A DNA stretch of 64,000 bases from Mobula hypostoma. Its lineage: Eukaryota. The stretch's first letter is position 1. Every line of letters begins with the position of its first letter. Below, in pieces: positions 40,085 to 52,249 of the stretch. The translations under genes and the position numbers were made by a program. Under the pieces are notes generated by a model. The model saw only the letters and a list, made by a program, of their open reading frames with translations. It was not told the origin of the DNA and did no database searches. Where the stretch lies: positions 235,726,001-235,790,000 of the forward strand of contig NC_086097.1 in assembly GCF_963921235.1 (NCBI RefSeq), read 5' to 3'.

Positions 40085-40590
40085 TTAGGACAGCATGGTA
40101 GTGTAGCGACTAGCATGTTGTGTTACAGCACCATCAATCACCAACTGGGCTTCTATTCCTGCTGCTGCCCATAAAAAGTTGTACATTCTCCTCATGACTA
40201 TGTGAGGTTTCCTTGGGGTGCTCCAGCTTCCACAAGAACCTAAGATATAGGAGCAGAATTAGACCATTCAGCCCATTACCTGCTCTGCCAATCCATCATC
40301 GCTGATTTATTATTCCCCTCAACCCCATTCTCATGCCTTTTCCCCATAACGATTGATACCCTTACTAATCCAGAACCTAACAATGTCATCTTTAAATACA
40401 CCTAATGATTGGCCTCAACAGCCGTCTGTGGCAGTGAATTCCACAGATTCACCACCCTCTGGCTAAAGGAATTCCTCCTCATCTATTCCAAAGAGACATC
40501 CTTCTTTGCTGAGGCTTTGTATTTTCTCCTACATTCCAAAGACCTGCAGTTAAGGCTAATGACTTGTGGGTGTGCTACTTTGGCCTAGTC
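40085..40590 (+). mobile_element. V-SINE (HE1-like) interrupted by a CR1 3' fragment (about 40233-40520)
   Basis: tRNA-like head tggtagtgtagcg; V-domain ggtttccttggggtgctccagcttcc...cattccaaagac. Confidence 0.65.
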
Positions 40591-40669
40591 TGTTGACTTT
40601 TGCACACAAGCTGCATGCACAAGCTGGTGCAGTCTTTCATTGATTCTGTTACAGTTATTATTCTTTGAT

Positions 40670-41040
40670 GAAAAAGCTCTTGTCGGGCTTCAAGCTGGGT
40701 GTAGGTATCTATTATAACTGATATTTTGATGACAGACCCTACTATCTTCTTCAGGGATGATGCCTGGGCATGTCTAGTCCAATGGTGTTTCTAACCCCAT
40801 TGTCCATCTCTCCTGATCGCTTATCCAATCAGGTTTCTGCTCTCCCACTTTGTTTCCAGTCGAATTCCAGCTCTTACTTGGAGTGAGACCTTCATCTTTG
40901 TAAAATTATTTTCTGCTAGTTTTATTTCAATAGCTTCTTCTACCAAGCAGTCTCAAAGGCCATTGGCACGGCACAGTAGTTTTATGCTGTCAAAGTCAAT
41001 CCTATGGCCATTGTGAATGCAGTGTTCCACTACCGAAATA
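40670..41040 (-). mobile_element. Poseidon-type PLE 3' end
   Basis: SVVEHCIHNGHRIDFDSIKLL...EAIEIK...NFTKDEG (GIY-YIG C-terminus); degenerate CTGAAGA core near 40750. Confidence 0.75.
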
Positions 41041-41384
41041 GTAAGTATGCCCACAACACAATGAATCTCAGGTTTGAAGAATGAACATTCAGGATAGACA
41101 AAGAAGAATAATTGGATGTTGTGTAGATGGATTTTCGGATTGCCTTTGACAAGGAACCACATGTGAGGCTGCTTAGCAAGTTAAGAGCCCATGGTATTAC
41201 AGAAAAGATACCAGCATGTTTAGACATTAGCTGATTGGCAGGAGGCAAAGAATGGGATTAAAGGGATCCGTATCAGGTTGACTGCTGGTAACTAGTGGTG
41301 TTCCCACAGGAACCTCTGCTGAGACCATTTCTTTTTACATCATATGTCAATGATTTGGATGATAGAATTGATGGCAAAGAGAAG

Positions 41385-41775
41385 ATATATTGGTTTTGCA
41401 TTAAATGGCATTAAAGGGACAACTTCATTCAAAAAAGTCATGACAAAGAGGACTATAATTTTCTCATTATGTTCTTAGATTCAATATTGTGAGAGCCAAA
41501 GGGATGTTCCACAGTGCATTTACCTAGAGGAAATATGTTGAATAGTTTGAAAACTGGCTGCCTCATAAAGGACAGAGATTTAGAATAATTGGGTCCTTTA
41601 TAGACTGGAAGGAGGTAACAAGTGTGGAGTACCACAGGGATCGCTTCACTGTTTACATTATTGACTTGGAGGAAGGAAGATCATGTAATGCTTCCAGAAT
41701 TGTTGGTGAATGGAAAACAGGTGATAGATTTTATTGTAATAAACATACAGCAATTCTATGACAGGATGTAAATAG
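41385..41775 (+). repeat. Copy A of an old dispersed duplication (copy B 59638-60025)
   Basis: Collinear similarity over about 390 bp, including unclassified sequence and a similarly decayed CR1 piece. Confidence 0.85.
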
Positions 41776-42350
41776 AGTGCCTTGAAAAGGTATTCAGCCT
41801 CCAACCCTTTGTTCACATAAATGAGTATTACAGTTAGGTATTTCAATCAATTTAACAGAGAATATTTATTTGTGAATCACATAATCCTTGCTTTCACATA
41901 ATGTCCAAAAAACGATGAAGATTGTAAAGCATGAAAATTAAAAATTCAAAAACTGAAATGTCAGCAGTTCGAAAGTTTTGTTTTCCTTTGCTCAGTACTA
42001 AGTTGAACCAACGCTCACAGCTATTACAGCCAGTAGTCTTTTTGGATAAGTCCTATTAGCTTTGCACAAGATTTTCCCATTCCTTCTTGCAAAATTGTTC
42101 AAGTTGCGCCTGGTGAGTTGGGGAGCAGCAGTGGACAGAAATTTGAATTCTTGCCGGAGATGTCCACTTGGTTAAGGCCAGGACTCACAATGGGCCATCC
42201 ATGGACATCAATTTTCTTCATTTGAAGCCACCCAATATTGCTCTGGCAGTGTGCTTTAGGATGTTGTCCTGCTGAAAGATGAACTTCCTCCCTGGTTTAA
42301 GCTTTCTGTTCGAGGATAGCAGTTTTTTTTTTAATCTATGATTTCTCTGT
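41775..42350 (-). mobile_element. Degenerate Tc1 transposon 3' portion
   Basis: TIR-like gagtgccttgaaaaggtattcagc after TA; minus-strand FIFQQDN..KHTAR and WP..SP.LN motifs. Confidence 0.75.
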
Positions 42351-42446
42351 AGTAAGCAGGATTAGTTGCTAGTGACTAGTAGTGTTCTACTCATGTTGGG
42401 ACCGTTTCTTTTTACATTGTATGTCAATGATTTGGATGATGAAATT

Positions 42447-43195
42447 GAAGAAGTTTCTACTTTCTACTTTATTGTCGCCAAACAATTGATACTAGAACGT
42501 AAAATCATCACAGCGATATTTGATTCTGCGCTTCCCGCTCCCTGGAGTACAAATCGATAGTAGATATTAAAAAAATAAATTATAAATCATAAATAGAAAA
42601 TAGAAAATGGAAAGTAAGGTAGAGCAAAAAAACCGAGAGGCAGGTCCGGATGTTTGGAGGGTATAGCCCAGATCCGGGTCAGGATCCGTTCAGCAGTCTT
42701 ATCACAGTTGGAAAGAAGCTGTTCCCAAATCTGGCCGTATGAGTCTTCAAGCTCCTGAGCCTTCTCCCGGAGGGAAGAGGGACGAAAGTGTGTTGGCTGG
42801 GTGGATCGTGTCCTTGATTATCCTGGCAGCACTGCTCCGACGGCATGCGGTGTAAAGTGAGTCCAAGGACAGAAGATTGGTTTGTGTGATGTGCTGAGCC
42901 ATGTTCATGACCTTCTGCAGCTTCTTCCAGTCTTGGACAGGTCAACTTCCATACCAGGTTGTGATGCACCCTATAAGAATGCTTTCTACGGTGCATCTAT
43001 AAAAATTAGTGAGGGTTTTAGGGGACAGGCCAAATTTCTTTAGTTTTCTCAGGAATTAAAGGCGCTGGTGGGTCTTCTTGGCAGTGGACTCTGCTTGGTT
43101 GGTCCAAGTCAGGTCATTTGTGATATTGACCCCGAGGAACTTAAAGCTTTTGATCTGTTCCACTTGCGCACCACCGATGTAAATTGGGTCGTGCG
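42447..43195 (-). mobile_element. Rex1/Babar 3' fragment
   Basis: IKSFKFLGVNITNDLTW, PLPSGRRLRSLKTHTARFGNSFFPTVIRLLN. Confidence 0.85.
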
Positions 43196-44125
43196 GTTTG
43201 TGGATGTGACAAAGATAGCTGGAGGGGCATGTTTGTTGAGGGAGCAGAAAGGCTGCAAAAGGATCTAGACAGATTAAGAGAATAGGCAAAGAGGTGGCAG
43301 ATGGAATACCGTGTCAGGAAGTGTATGCTTATGCACTTGGGTAGGAAGAATAAAAGTGTAGGCTTTTTTTTAAATGTTGAAAAAAAATTAAAAATCATGG
43401 TGCAAAGGGATTTGGGAATCCTTGTGCAAGATTCCAATAAAGGTTCATTTGCAGGTTAAATCGGAGGTGAGGAAGGTGAATATAATGTTAGCTTTTCTTT
43501 CAGGAGTACTCGAATATAAAATCAAGGATGTAATGTTAAGGCTGTATAAGACACTGGTATGGCCTCACTTTGTGTATTGTGAATAGTTTTAGGCCTCATT
43601 TTTAAGAATGTATGTGCTGACATTGGAGAGGATTCATAGGAGGTTCCCAAGAATGATCTTGAGAATGAAAGGGTTATCATATGAGCAGCAGTTGAAGGTT
43701 CTGGGCCTGTATTCCCTGGAATTTAGAAGAATGAGTGGGGATCTCATTGAAACTTATCAAATGTTGAAAGCTGTAGATAGAATAGATGTGAAGAGAGTGT
43801 TTCCTTTACTTTAGGGTCTATGACCAGAAGGCACATCCTCAAAATGTTGGGACGTTCATTTAGAACAGCGATGAGGAGGAATTTCTTTAGCCAGAGGGCG
43901 GTGAGTCTGTGGAATTCACTGCCACAAGTAGCTGTGGAGGCCAGGTCATTGGATGCAATTAAGGCAGAGCTTGACAGATTCTTGATTCGTCAGGACATGA
44001 AAGCTTATGAGAAGGCAAGAGAATGGTGCTGAGAGGGAAATGGATCAGCCATGATGAAATGGTGAAGCAGACTCAATGGGCAAAATGGCGTAATTTTGCT
44101 CCTAGGTCTTATGGTCTTATGGTAT
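43196..44125 (+). mobile_element. CR1 RT/3' fragment
   Basis: LGLYSLEFRRMSGDLIETY, RNFFSQRAVSLWNSLP; tail tcttatggtcttatgg. Confidence 0.85.
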
Positions 44126-44892
44126 ATGGTGACATATAAGTACTTCAATAATAAATTTACTTTGAACTTTGAATTCTCTCAGGCTGCCCAGCAGAAACCT
44201 CGCTGACCTGATTTAACACATTTCACTATATGTTTTGAAACATAGAAACATAGAAAACCTACAGCACAATACAGGCCCTTCGGCCCACGAAGTTGTGTAG
44301 AACATGTCCCTATCTTAGAAATTACCAGGCTTACCTATAGCCCTCTATTTTACTAAGCTCCATGTACCTATCCAAAAGTCTCCTGAAAGACACTATCATA
44401 TCCGCCTCCACCACTTGAATGGTTTTGATGTAGATGTGACAAATAAAGCTGAATTTATTTAATTCTTCAAGCCAAAACAGTATGTTTTCCCATCATGCCA
44501 CTGAATTTCACCAAATAATCATAATTCTGGGTTTCATACTCCATGGAAACAATAAAAAATATAAAAATAAGCTGTTCAATGGTTTTTTATTCTTTAAATT
44601 ATTCAAAACATGAAAATTAATTTTTAAAAAAGACTCAAGAGTTCAAAAATGCAGGTCTATGGTTGAGGTGCAGGTCAATTTATATTTTCTACCCAGTGCG
44701 GAGTGGGGAGGGAATGGGATGGAGAAGAGAATCCAGGTTGGGCAGTGTTATGCTTTGTAACTTCAAAACATTGAACTAATTCAAAGGAGGACATGGGAGT
44801 CTGAAATACTGGTTTAACTTTGTGTTTACTTTAAGTGAGGCGGGCAGGTATCACTTAGTAGCGTGATGAAGTATGCAATTCACAGATTTATA

Positions 44893-45354
44893 TGAGGGGT
44901 GATTGATACGTTCATGGCCTAAGGTAGAAGGAGTCAATTTTAGAAAATCTAGCACATCTATTTTTCCTACATTTACACACTTAGTCCAGCCGTCGTGGAG
45001 CATATGGATCCCTTCTTTGTAGAAGTCGGCATCTTGGACCCCTAGGAAGTGGTCCACAGCAGGGGTGATTGATAAGTTCGTAGCCTAAAGTAGAGACGAT
45101 GAATTATTAACTTCAACCTTTCTGCATAATCACTCAAAGAGTTGAACTGCACATGCACGTAACGAGAGTTGTACCACGAACTTATCAATCACCCCTGCTG
45201 TGGACCACTTCTACAAAGATGGAATCCGTATGCTCCACGACCACTGGATTAAGTATGTACATGTAGGAAGGGACTAGGTTGAAAAATAAATGTGTTAGGT
45301 TTTCTAAAATTGACTCCTTCTACCTTAGGCCACAAACGTATCAGTTACCTCTCG
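44893..45354. mobile_element. Palindromic mariner-derived MITE
   Basis: TA TSDs; TIR GAGGGGTGATTGATA.GTTC.TGGCCTAAGGTAGAAGGAG; both arms carry the mariner C-terminus FYKEGIHMLHDGWTKCVNVG; inner TIR pair at about 45061-45197. Confidence 0.85.
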
Positions 45355-45589
45355 TACATAGAACTCATAATTAATTATTTAAACAAACAAGAATGCTTAA
45401 TTAAACAATATATATGCAAGATTACTCAAATATTATTGAAATATTAAATACACAACATTCCTAATCAAAGCTTTCCATACTGTTGTATTACATTCATACA
45501 TATCAACAGTGCTGCTGCCATTTGTAACTAGATTCCTGGCTGTCTACTGTGGCCTCTGTAGATATCGTGAGGCCTCTACTTCCTCTATG

Positions 45590-46150
45590 GAGATTCGGCA
45601 TGTCATCAAAAACCTGGGCAAACTTCTGTAGACATGTGGTGGAAAGTGTGTTGATTGGCTGCATTATGGCCTGGTATAGGAACACCAAATCCTTTGAGTA
45701 GAAATTGCTACAAAGGGTAGTGGATTCGGCCCAGTACATTACTGGTAAAACCCACCCAACCATTGAGCACATCTACATGAAACGTTGCCTTAGAAAAGCA
45801 GCATCCATCATGAAATATCCTCACTACCCAGGCCATGCTCTTTTCTCACTGCTGCCGTCGGGTAGAAGGTACAGGTGCCTCAGGACTCACACCATCAGGT
45901 TCAAGAACAGTTACTACCCTTCAACCATCAGGCTCTTGAACAAACGGTGATAACACATATTTGAGGACTCCTTTTATCTTGTTATTTCATGCTAATTATT
46001 TAATGCTTTTTTTTTAGTATTCATTTGTTTACGGTTCCTGATACTTATCGTAGCAGATGCTGTTTACAGTTACAGTTCTATAGATTTGCTAAGTATGCTT
46101 ACGGAAAAAGCTCAGGGTTATACGTGGTGACATATATGTACTCTGACAGA
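45590..46150 (+). mobile_element. Rex1/Babar 3' fragment
   Basis: LQRVVDSAQYITG...HALFSLLPSGRRYR...RFKNSYYPSTIRLLN. Confidence 0.85.
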
Positions 46151-46654
46151 AGACCGAAGTCAGCCCTAACTGATCACAATTGCCTGGTAAACCAGTTCCA
46201 TCTAGCCAGTAAATTAACTTGCAACTTCCATTGCCAAGCACCTTCCTTACCATCATCAATGTGAAAGAAACTACAGCTTGATGGGAAGGTTAGGTTGAAT
46301 GCTAAACGCTATTTGCAAAACATACAATCTGTGGAAATCTGTAAAAAGAAAACAAATTATATATCTGAGTTTTTAAGGGAATCGGATGATACTAACAGGG
46401 AATTCGCAGCTCACTTTTTTTTAGATTAGATTATGAGGACAGCAGTCCTCTTTTATTGTCATTTAGCAATGCATGCATTAAGAAATGATACAATGTTTTT
46501 CCAGAATGATATCATGAAAACACATGACAAACTGACTTAGAAACTAAGAAAAACCACATAATTATAACATATGGTTACCCGTAATTCGATAAGAACAGAC
46601 TATGGCACGGTAATTTGGTGTCTAAACCAAAACTAAACTTAGTTTTATTTTTGA

Positions 46655-49165
46655 TTTTTTTTGTTTTGTAACTGTATGTTTTTATGCTATCATAATTATA
46701 TGTGCTATCTGTGCTGTGTGCTGTGTGTGACTGCGATACCGTGATTTGTACCTTGGCCCCAGAGGAATGCTCTTTCATTTGGCTGAACTTCCTGTGTATG
46801 GTTGAATGGCTATTAAATTTGAACAAACTTGAACTTGGACACCAGGGAGAGCAAACAGAACATATAGTAGATATCATGTTGTACAAACATGTAGGTTATT
46901 AAATTAAATGTTCATTGCGAATGGTCCTGTGTTTAGGGTAATGTGGGATGTTTGGTGGTGTGGCTTGAAGGACCAGAAGGACCTGTTCAGTGCTGTATAT
47001 CAATAAGGAAAAAATACACATGCTTACTGGAAGTGCAACACTACCGTAAGGAAGTGTCTAAACTTCATATTTCTCTTTCTTTCTGCATTTACGCAGGGAG
47101 CTATTTTATAAATGCTCAAATGTTATTTACAGTCAGAAAAAAATGTTATATTTTTTCACCCTTAGCTGAAGTGCAAACATATCAGGATTTGTAAACCTTT
47201 TCAGTGCCAAGATTAATAAATCTGGAACAAACATTTATCTGCAATTGAAGGTATCCGTATATGATCAGTGAGCCTGAAAGTTATTATTACTACCACATGT
47301 ACTAAGGTACAGTGAAAAGTTTGTCACGCACACTGTTCACTAATTCCCTGTCATCGGAGTTGAGTGCAAATCTCTAGGTTGGCAACCCAATATATTATAG
47401 AAGTATGATATAAGAGAGTAGGAGTAGAATTAGGCTATTAAACCCATCAATTCTGCTCCGTGGCTGCTTTATTTTCACTTTTAACCCCAGTTTCTTGCCT
47501 TCTCCCATTTACCAATGACCTAATCAAAAACATATCAAGTTCCGCTTTAAATATAGCCAAAGACTTGGCCTCCACAGCCATCTGTGACCATGAATTCCAA
47601 TGAATCTGACTAAAGGAATTTCCTCTCAACTCTGTTCGAAAGGGACATCCTTTTCTTATGAGGCTGTGCCCTCTGGTCCTAGATTCCCCACATTTAGAAC
47701 TAGCTGGTCCATCTCCATCTCCATCCAAGTGGCAGATGGAATACAGTGTTGGGAAATGTATGATAATATATTTTGGTAAAAGGAAGAACAGTGCGGACTA
47801 TTATCTAAATGAAGAGAAGTTTCAAACGTAAGAGGTGCAGAGGGACTTAGGAGTCCCCACGCAAGACTCCCAGAAGGTTAATTTACAGGATGCATCTGTG
47901 CCAAAGAAGGCAAATGCAATGTTGGCATTTATTTCAAGGGGAATAGAATATAAAAGCAAGGAGGTATTGTTGAGGCTTTGTAAGACACTAGTCAGGCCAC
48001 AGTTGGAGTATTGTCAAAGTTTTGGGTCCCATATCTCAGAAAGGATGTGTTGTCATTGGAGAGGCCAGAGGAGGTTCAAGTAAATGATTCTGGGAATGAA
48101 AGATGTTTGAGAAGCATTTGGCAGCTTTGGGCCTGTACTCATTGGAACTTAGAAGAATGCGTGGGGATCTTATTGAAACCTACTGAATGTTGAAAGGACC
48201 AGACAGGGTGGATGTGGAGAGGATGTTTCCTATGGAGGGGGTATCCAGAACTACAGAGCACAGCCTCAAAATTGAGGGGTGACCTTTTAGTACGGAGGTA
48301 AGGAGGAATTTTTTAGCCAAAAAAGAGTGTGAATCTCTAGAATGTCTGGCACAGACTGTGGTGGAGGTCAAGTCCGTGGTATATTTAAGGCAGAAGTTGA
48401 TAGTTTCCTGATCAGTCAGAGCATCAAAGGACATGGTGAGAAGGTAGGTGTATGGGGTTGAGTGGGATCTGGGATCACCCACGATGGAATGGCGGAGCAG
48501 ACTCGATGGGCTGAAAGGCCTATGACCACTATCCAAAAGTGGTCTGGCCAGTGCCCTGCAAAGCCTCAGCATCACATCCTTGCTTTTATATTCTAGTCTC
48601 AATATGAATGCTAACATTGCATTTGCCTTCCTTACCACTGACTCAATCTGCAAGTTAATCGGAAGGGAATCTTGCACAATGATCCCAAGTCCCTTTGCAC
48701 ATCCAATTTCTGAATTTGCTCCCCATTTAGAAAATAGTCCACAGCTTTATTCCTTTTACTCAATTGCATGACCGTACTCTTCCTTACAGTAGTGCTGCAC
48801 TTCCAGTAAGCATGTGTATTTTTTCTTTATTGATAAACAGCGCAGAACAGGTTCTTCTGGTCCTTCAAGCCACACCACCCGACATAACACATTACCCTAA
48901 TCATGGGACAATTTGCAATGAACATTTAATTTAATAACCTACATGTTTGTACAACATGATATCTATTATATGTTCTGTTTGCTCTCCCTGGTGTCCAAGT
49001 TCAAGTTTGTTCAAATTTAATAGCCATTCAACCATACACAGGGAGTTCAGCCAAATGAAAGAGCATTCCTCTGGGGCCAAGGTACAAATCACGGTATCGC
49101 AGTCACACACAGCACACAGCACATATAATTATGATAGCAGAAAAACATACAGTTGCAAAAAAACT
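46655..49165. repeat. Local inverted duplication: arms about 46655-47051 and 48781-49165, spacer of unique DNA and CR1 fragments
   Basis: Arms are reverse complements; near-identical ORFs 46702-46902(+) and 48931-49122(-). Confidence 0.9.
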
Positions 49166-49384
49166 AAAAATAATAATATAACCCAAGACAGCAAAAAGGT
49201 GATTTTGAGGTATGAGGGTCTTTATCCATCAACAACTGAGGCAATGCAGCTCCCCCCGCCATCATTCTCGCCAATGAACTAGTGAATCAGACTTGCAATA
49301 TTCTACATTACCAAAGTCCAACAGGATCTTACGATCACGAGAAAAATGTCCAAGCTAACGTGGCAGAGAGAGGAATTGAGAAAG

Positions 49385-51047
49385 GCTATGGCTTCCTTGA
49401 CTGCCACGATGAGGCTACATTCAAGTTAGAGGAGCAACAGCTTATATTCCTTCTGGGTAGCCTCCAACCCGATGGCACAAATAACGATTTCTCTCAATTC
49501 CTCCGTCTCCGCCATAACTGCTCTCAGGATGAGGCTTATTGTTTCAGAGCTAAGGAGATGTCCTCCTTCTTCAAAGAAGGGGGCTTCCCTTCAACCAACA
49601 TCAATGCTGCCTTCAACCGCATCTCTTCTATTTTCCGCATGTCTGCCATCACCCCACCAGGGACAGGGTTCCTCTTATCCTCACCTACAACTACAGCAAC
49701 CTCCACGTCCAGCACATAATTCTCTGCAACATCCACCATCTCCAAAGGGACTTCACCACCTAGCACATCTTTCATTCCACCCAGTTTTCTGTTTTCCACA
49801 GGAATTTTTCCCTATGTGATTCTATCCACTACTCTCCCTCCTGGTGCTTAACTTTGCAAACGGAACAAGTGCTACACTTGCCCCTACATATTCTCTCTCA
49901 CTGTCATCCAGGGTCCCAAGTAGTCCTTCCATGTGAGGCCACACTCCGTCTCTGAGTCTGTTGGGGTCATCTGCTGTATCCAGTGCTCCTGTATATCGGT
50001 GAGTCCTGACATAGAATGGGAGACTGGTTCGCCAGAAAAAGTGGATCTCCCAGTGGCCACCCATTTTAATTCCACTTCCCATTCCCATTCCGATATATCA
50101 ATTACCAATGTCCAACAGGATGTTGCGATCACGAGAAAAATGTCCAAGCTACTTCTACAGAGGAATTGAGAAAGTCCATTGCCTCCGCTACTGCCACGAT
50201 GAGGCCACACTCGGGTTGGAGGAACAACACCTTATATTCCATTTGGGTAGCCTCCAACTTGAAGGCATGAACATCAATTTCTCAAATTTGCAGTAATGGC
50301 TCCCCTCACCATTTGCAATTCTCTCACCTTATCTCCTTACCTGCCCATCAACTCCCTTTGGTGCTCCTCCCACTTCTCTTTCTTCCACGGCCTTCTGTCC
50401 TTTCCTCCTCTCCAGCCCTTTATCTCTTTCGCCAAACGAAACCTCAACTCTTTACTTCACCCCTCCCCCATTCCAGTTTTACCTATCACCTACTACCTAG
50501 TAAACACGAGGAATTCTGCAGATGCTGGAAATTCAAGCAACACACATCAAAGTTGCTGGTGAACTCAGGTTGGAGGAACAACACCTTATATTCCGTCTGG
50601 GTAGCCTTCAACCTGATGGCATGAACATTGACTTCTCTAACTTCCACTAATGCCCCACCTCCCCCTCGTACCCCATCCGTTATTTATTTATATACACACA
50701 TTCTTTTTCTCTCTCTCTCCTCTTTCTCCTTCTGTCCCTCTGACTATCCCCCTTGCCCATCCACTGGGATTTTCCCCCCCTCCCCCCTTTCTTTATCCCT
50801 GGGCCTCCTGTCGCATGATCCTCTCGTATCCCTTTTGCCAATCACCTGTCCAACTCTTGGCTCCATCCCTCCCCCTCCTGTCTTCTCCTATCATTTTGGA
50901 TCTCCCCCTCCCCTTCCCACTTTCAAATCTCTTTCTAGCTCTTCTTTCAGTTAGTCCTGATGAAGGGTCTCAGCCAGAAACACCAATTGTTTACTCTTTT
51001 CCATAGATGCTGCTTGGCCTGCTGAGTTCCTCCAGCATTTTGTTGTG
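49385..51047 (+). mobile_element. Degenerate tandem/nested Neptune PLE fragments
   Basis: CHDEATFKLEEQQLIF.LGSLQPDG repeated three times; SQFLRLR..CSQDEA; DLPVATHFNS; degenerate hammerhead at 50952-50990. Confidence 0.85.
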
Positions 51048-51704
51048 TTCATTGTGTAAAATAACTTGTTCATAAAATTAATTTGCCTGTTGTCCAACTG
51101 GAAAATCTTTTGAGGACTTGGATATTTTTTCTCCAGTCTTTGGAAGCAATGTTTGTACAGCTGGTTTCAAAACTGTTGACCGATTCTACTCAGTTAAATG
51201 TTTCCTGATTCACAAATGGTTAAAGTGTAAATGTGGAGCAAATGTAATATGTAATGACTCATCTTACAACACTGAACATAGAATATTGAGCATAAAACAT
51301 TACAGTACAGACAGGCCCTTTGGCACATGATGATTTACCGACCTTTTAACCTACTTCAAGAACAACCTAACCCTTCACTCATACATAGCCCTCCAGTTTT
51401 TGATCATCCATGTGTTTATCTAAGAGTCTCTTAAATCCCCTAATGTATCTGTCTTTAGCACCATCTCTTACAGCATGTTCCACGCATCCACCACTCTATG
51501 TATAAAGGTCAACGCTCTGACATCATCCATATACTTTCCTCTAATCACCTTAAAATTGCGTTCCCTCGTAGTGGCATTAATACGTGGGGCCATAATTTTA
51601 AGGCAAGTGGAGGAATTTAAGGCAATCTGTTCTTTGCAGCTTTAGATATGACCTATTAAAATTTAAAACTATATTTTGCATAAGCACCTCTATGTCCCAC
51701 TCAC

Positions 51705-51969
51705 TATATCCAGGTATTCCCGGATGGTGCAGGATTTCCAAGCTTCAACACTTGGAATTTCAGAAGCACTGCTCTTCCTCTGGCCCTGGACACATTTGCC
51801 TAACAGCTCTGACCAAGTTTTTTTCTTCCCACAAAAATTTGAGGTGCAGGAAGCAATTCCAGTTCCTAGTATCCACTCTGGATCTGAATAAGGCAGTGTC
51901 TCGAATATGAGCGATGTCTGGAACATGCTTGATCCTTCGCTGCTGCTTGTGTTAAATTTTACTTTGTTT
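51705..51969 (-). CDS. Candidate internal coding exon of an unidentified gene (phase 2 to 0, 88 codons)
   Basis: Acceptor ccatttccatttgcatag, donor ATA|gtgagt, single fully open frame NKVKFNTSSSEG...TIREYLDI in non-repetitive DNA; no recognised homology. Confidence 0.3.
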
Positions 51970-52249
51970 CTATGCAAATGGAAATGGTAATATCCATTTA
52001 ATTATTGCAAGCAAATGTTTGTCGTTAACTTTTATTATTTCATCTTGTGGAATGATTGTAAAGGGTTGTTGACATCTGAGCAGACTATCAATAAATAAGC
52101 ACCATGTAGCAGTAATTAAAATGCCAATGGGAATAATAGAGTCGCTAAAGAACTGAAAATAAATAAGTTGTAATCAGCTCAGTATGTATATACTGTAGGT
52201 AGTATTTCAGTGTGTTGATAATACTTTAAATTATATTGATATTTACTTA

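Noticed and set aside
44746..45457. TGTT...AACA LTR-like sequence around the mariner MITE
   Set aside because: No TSD found; cannot be supported beyond suspicion
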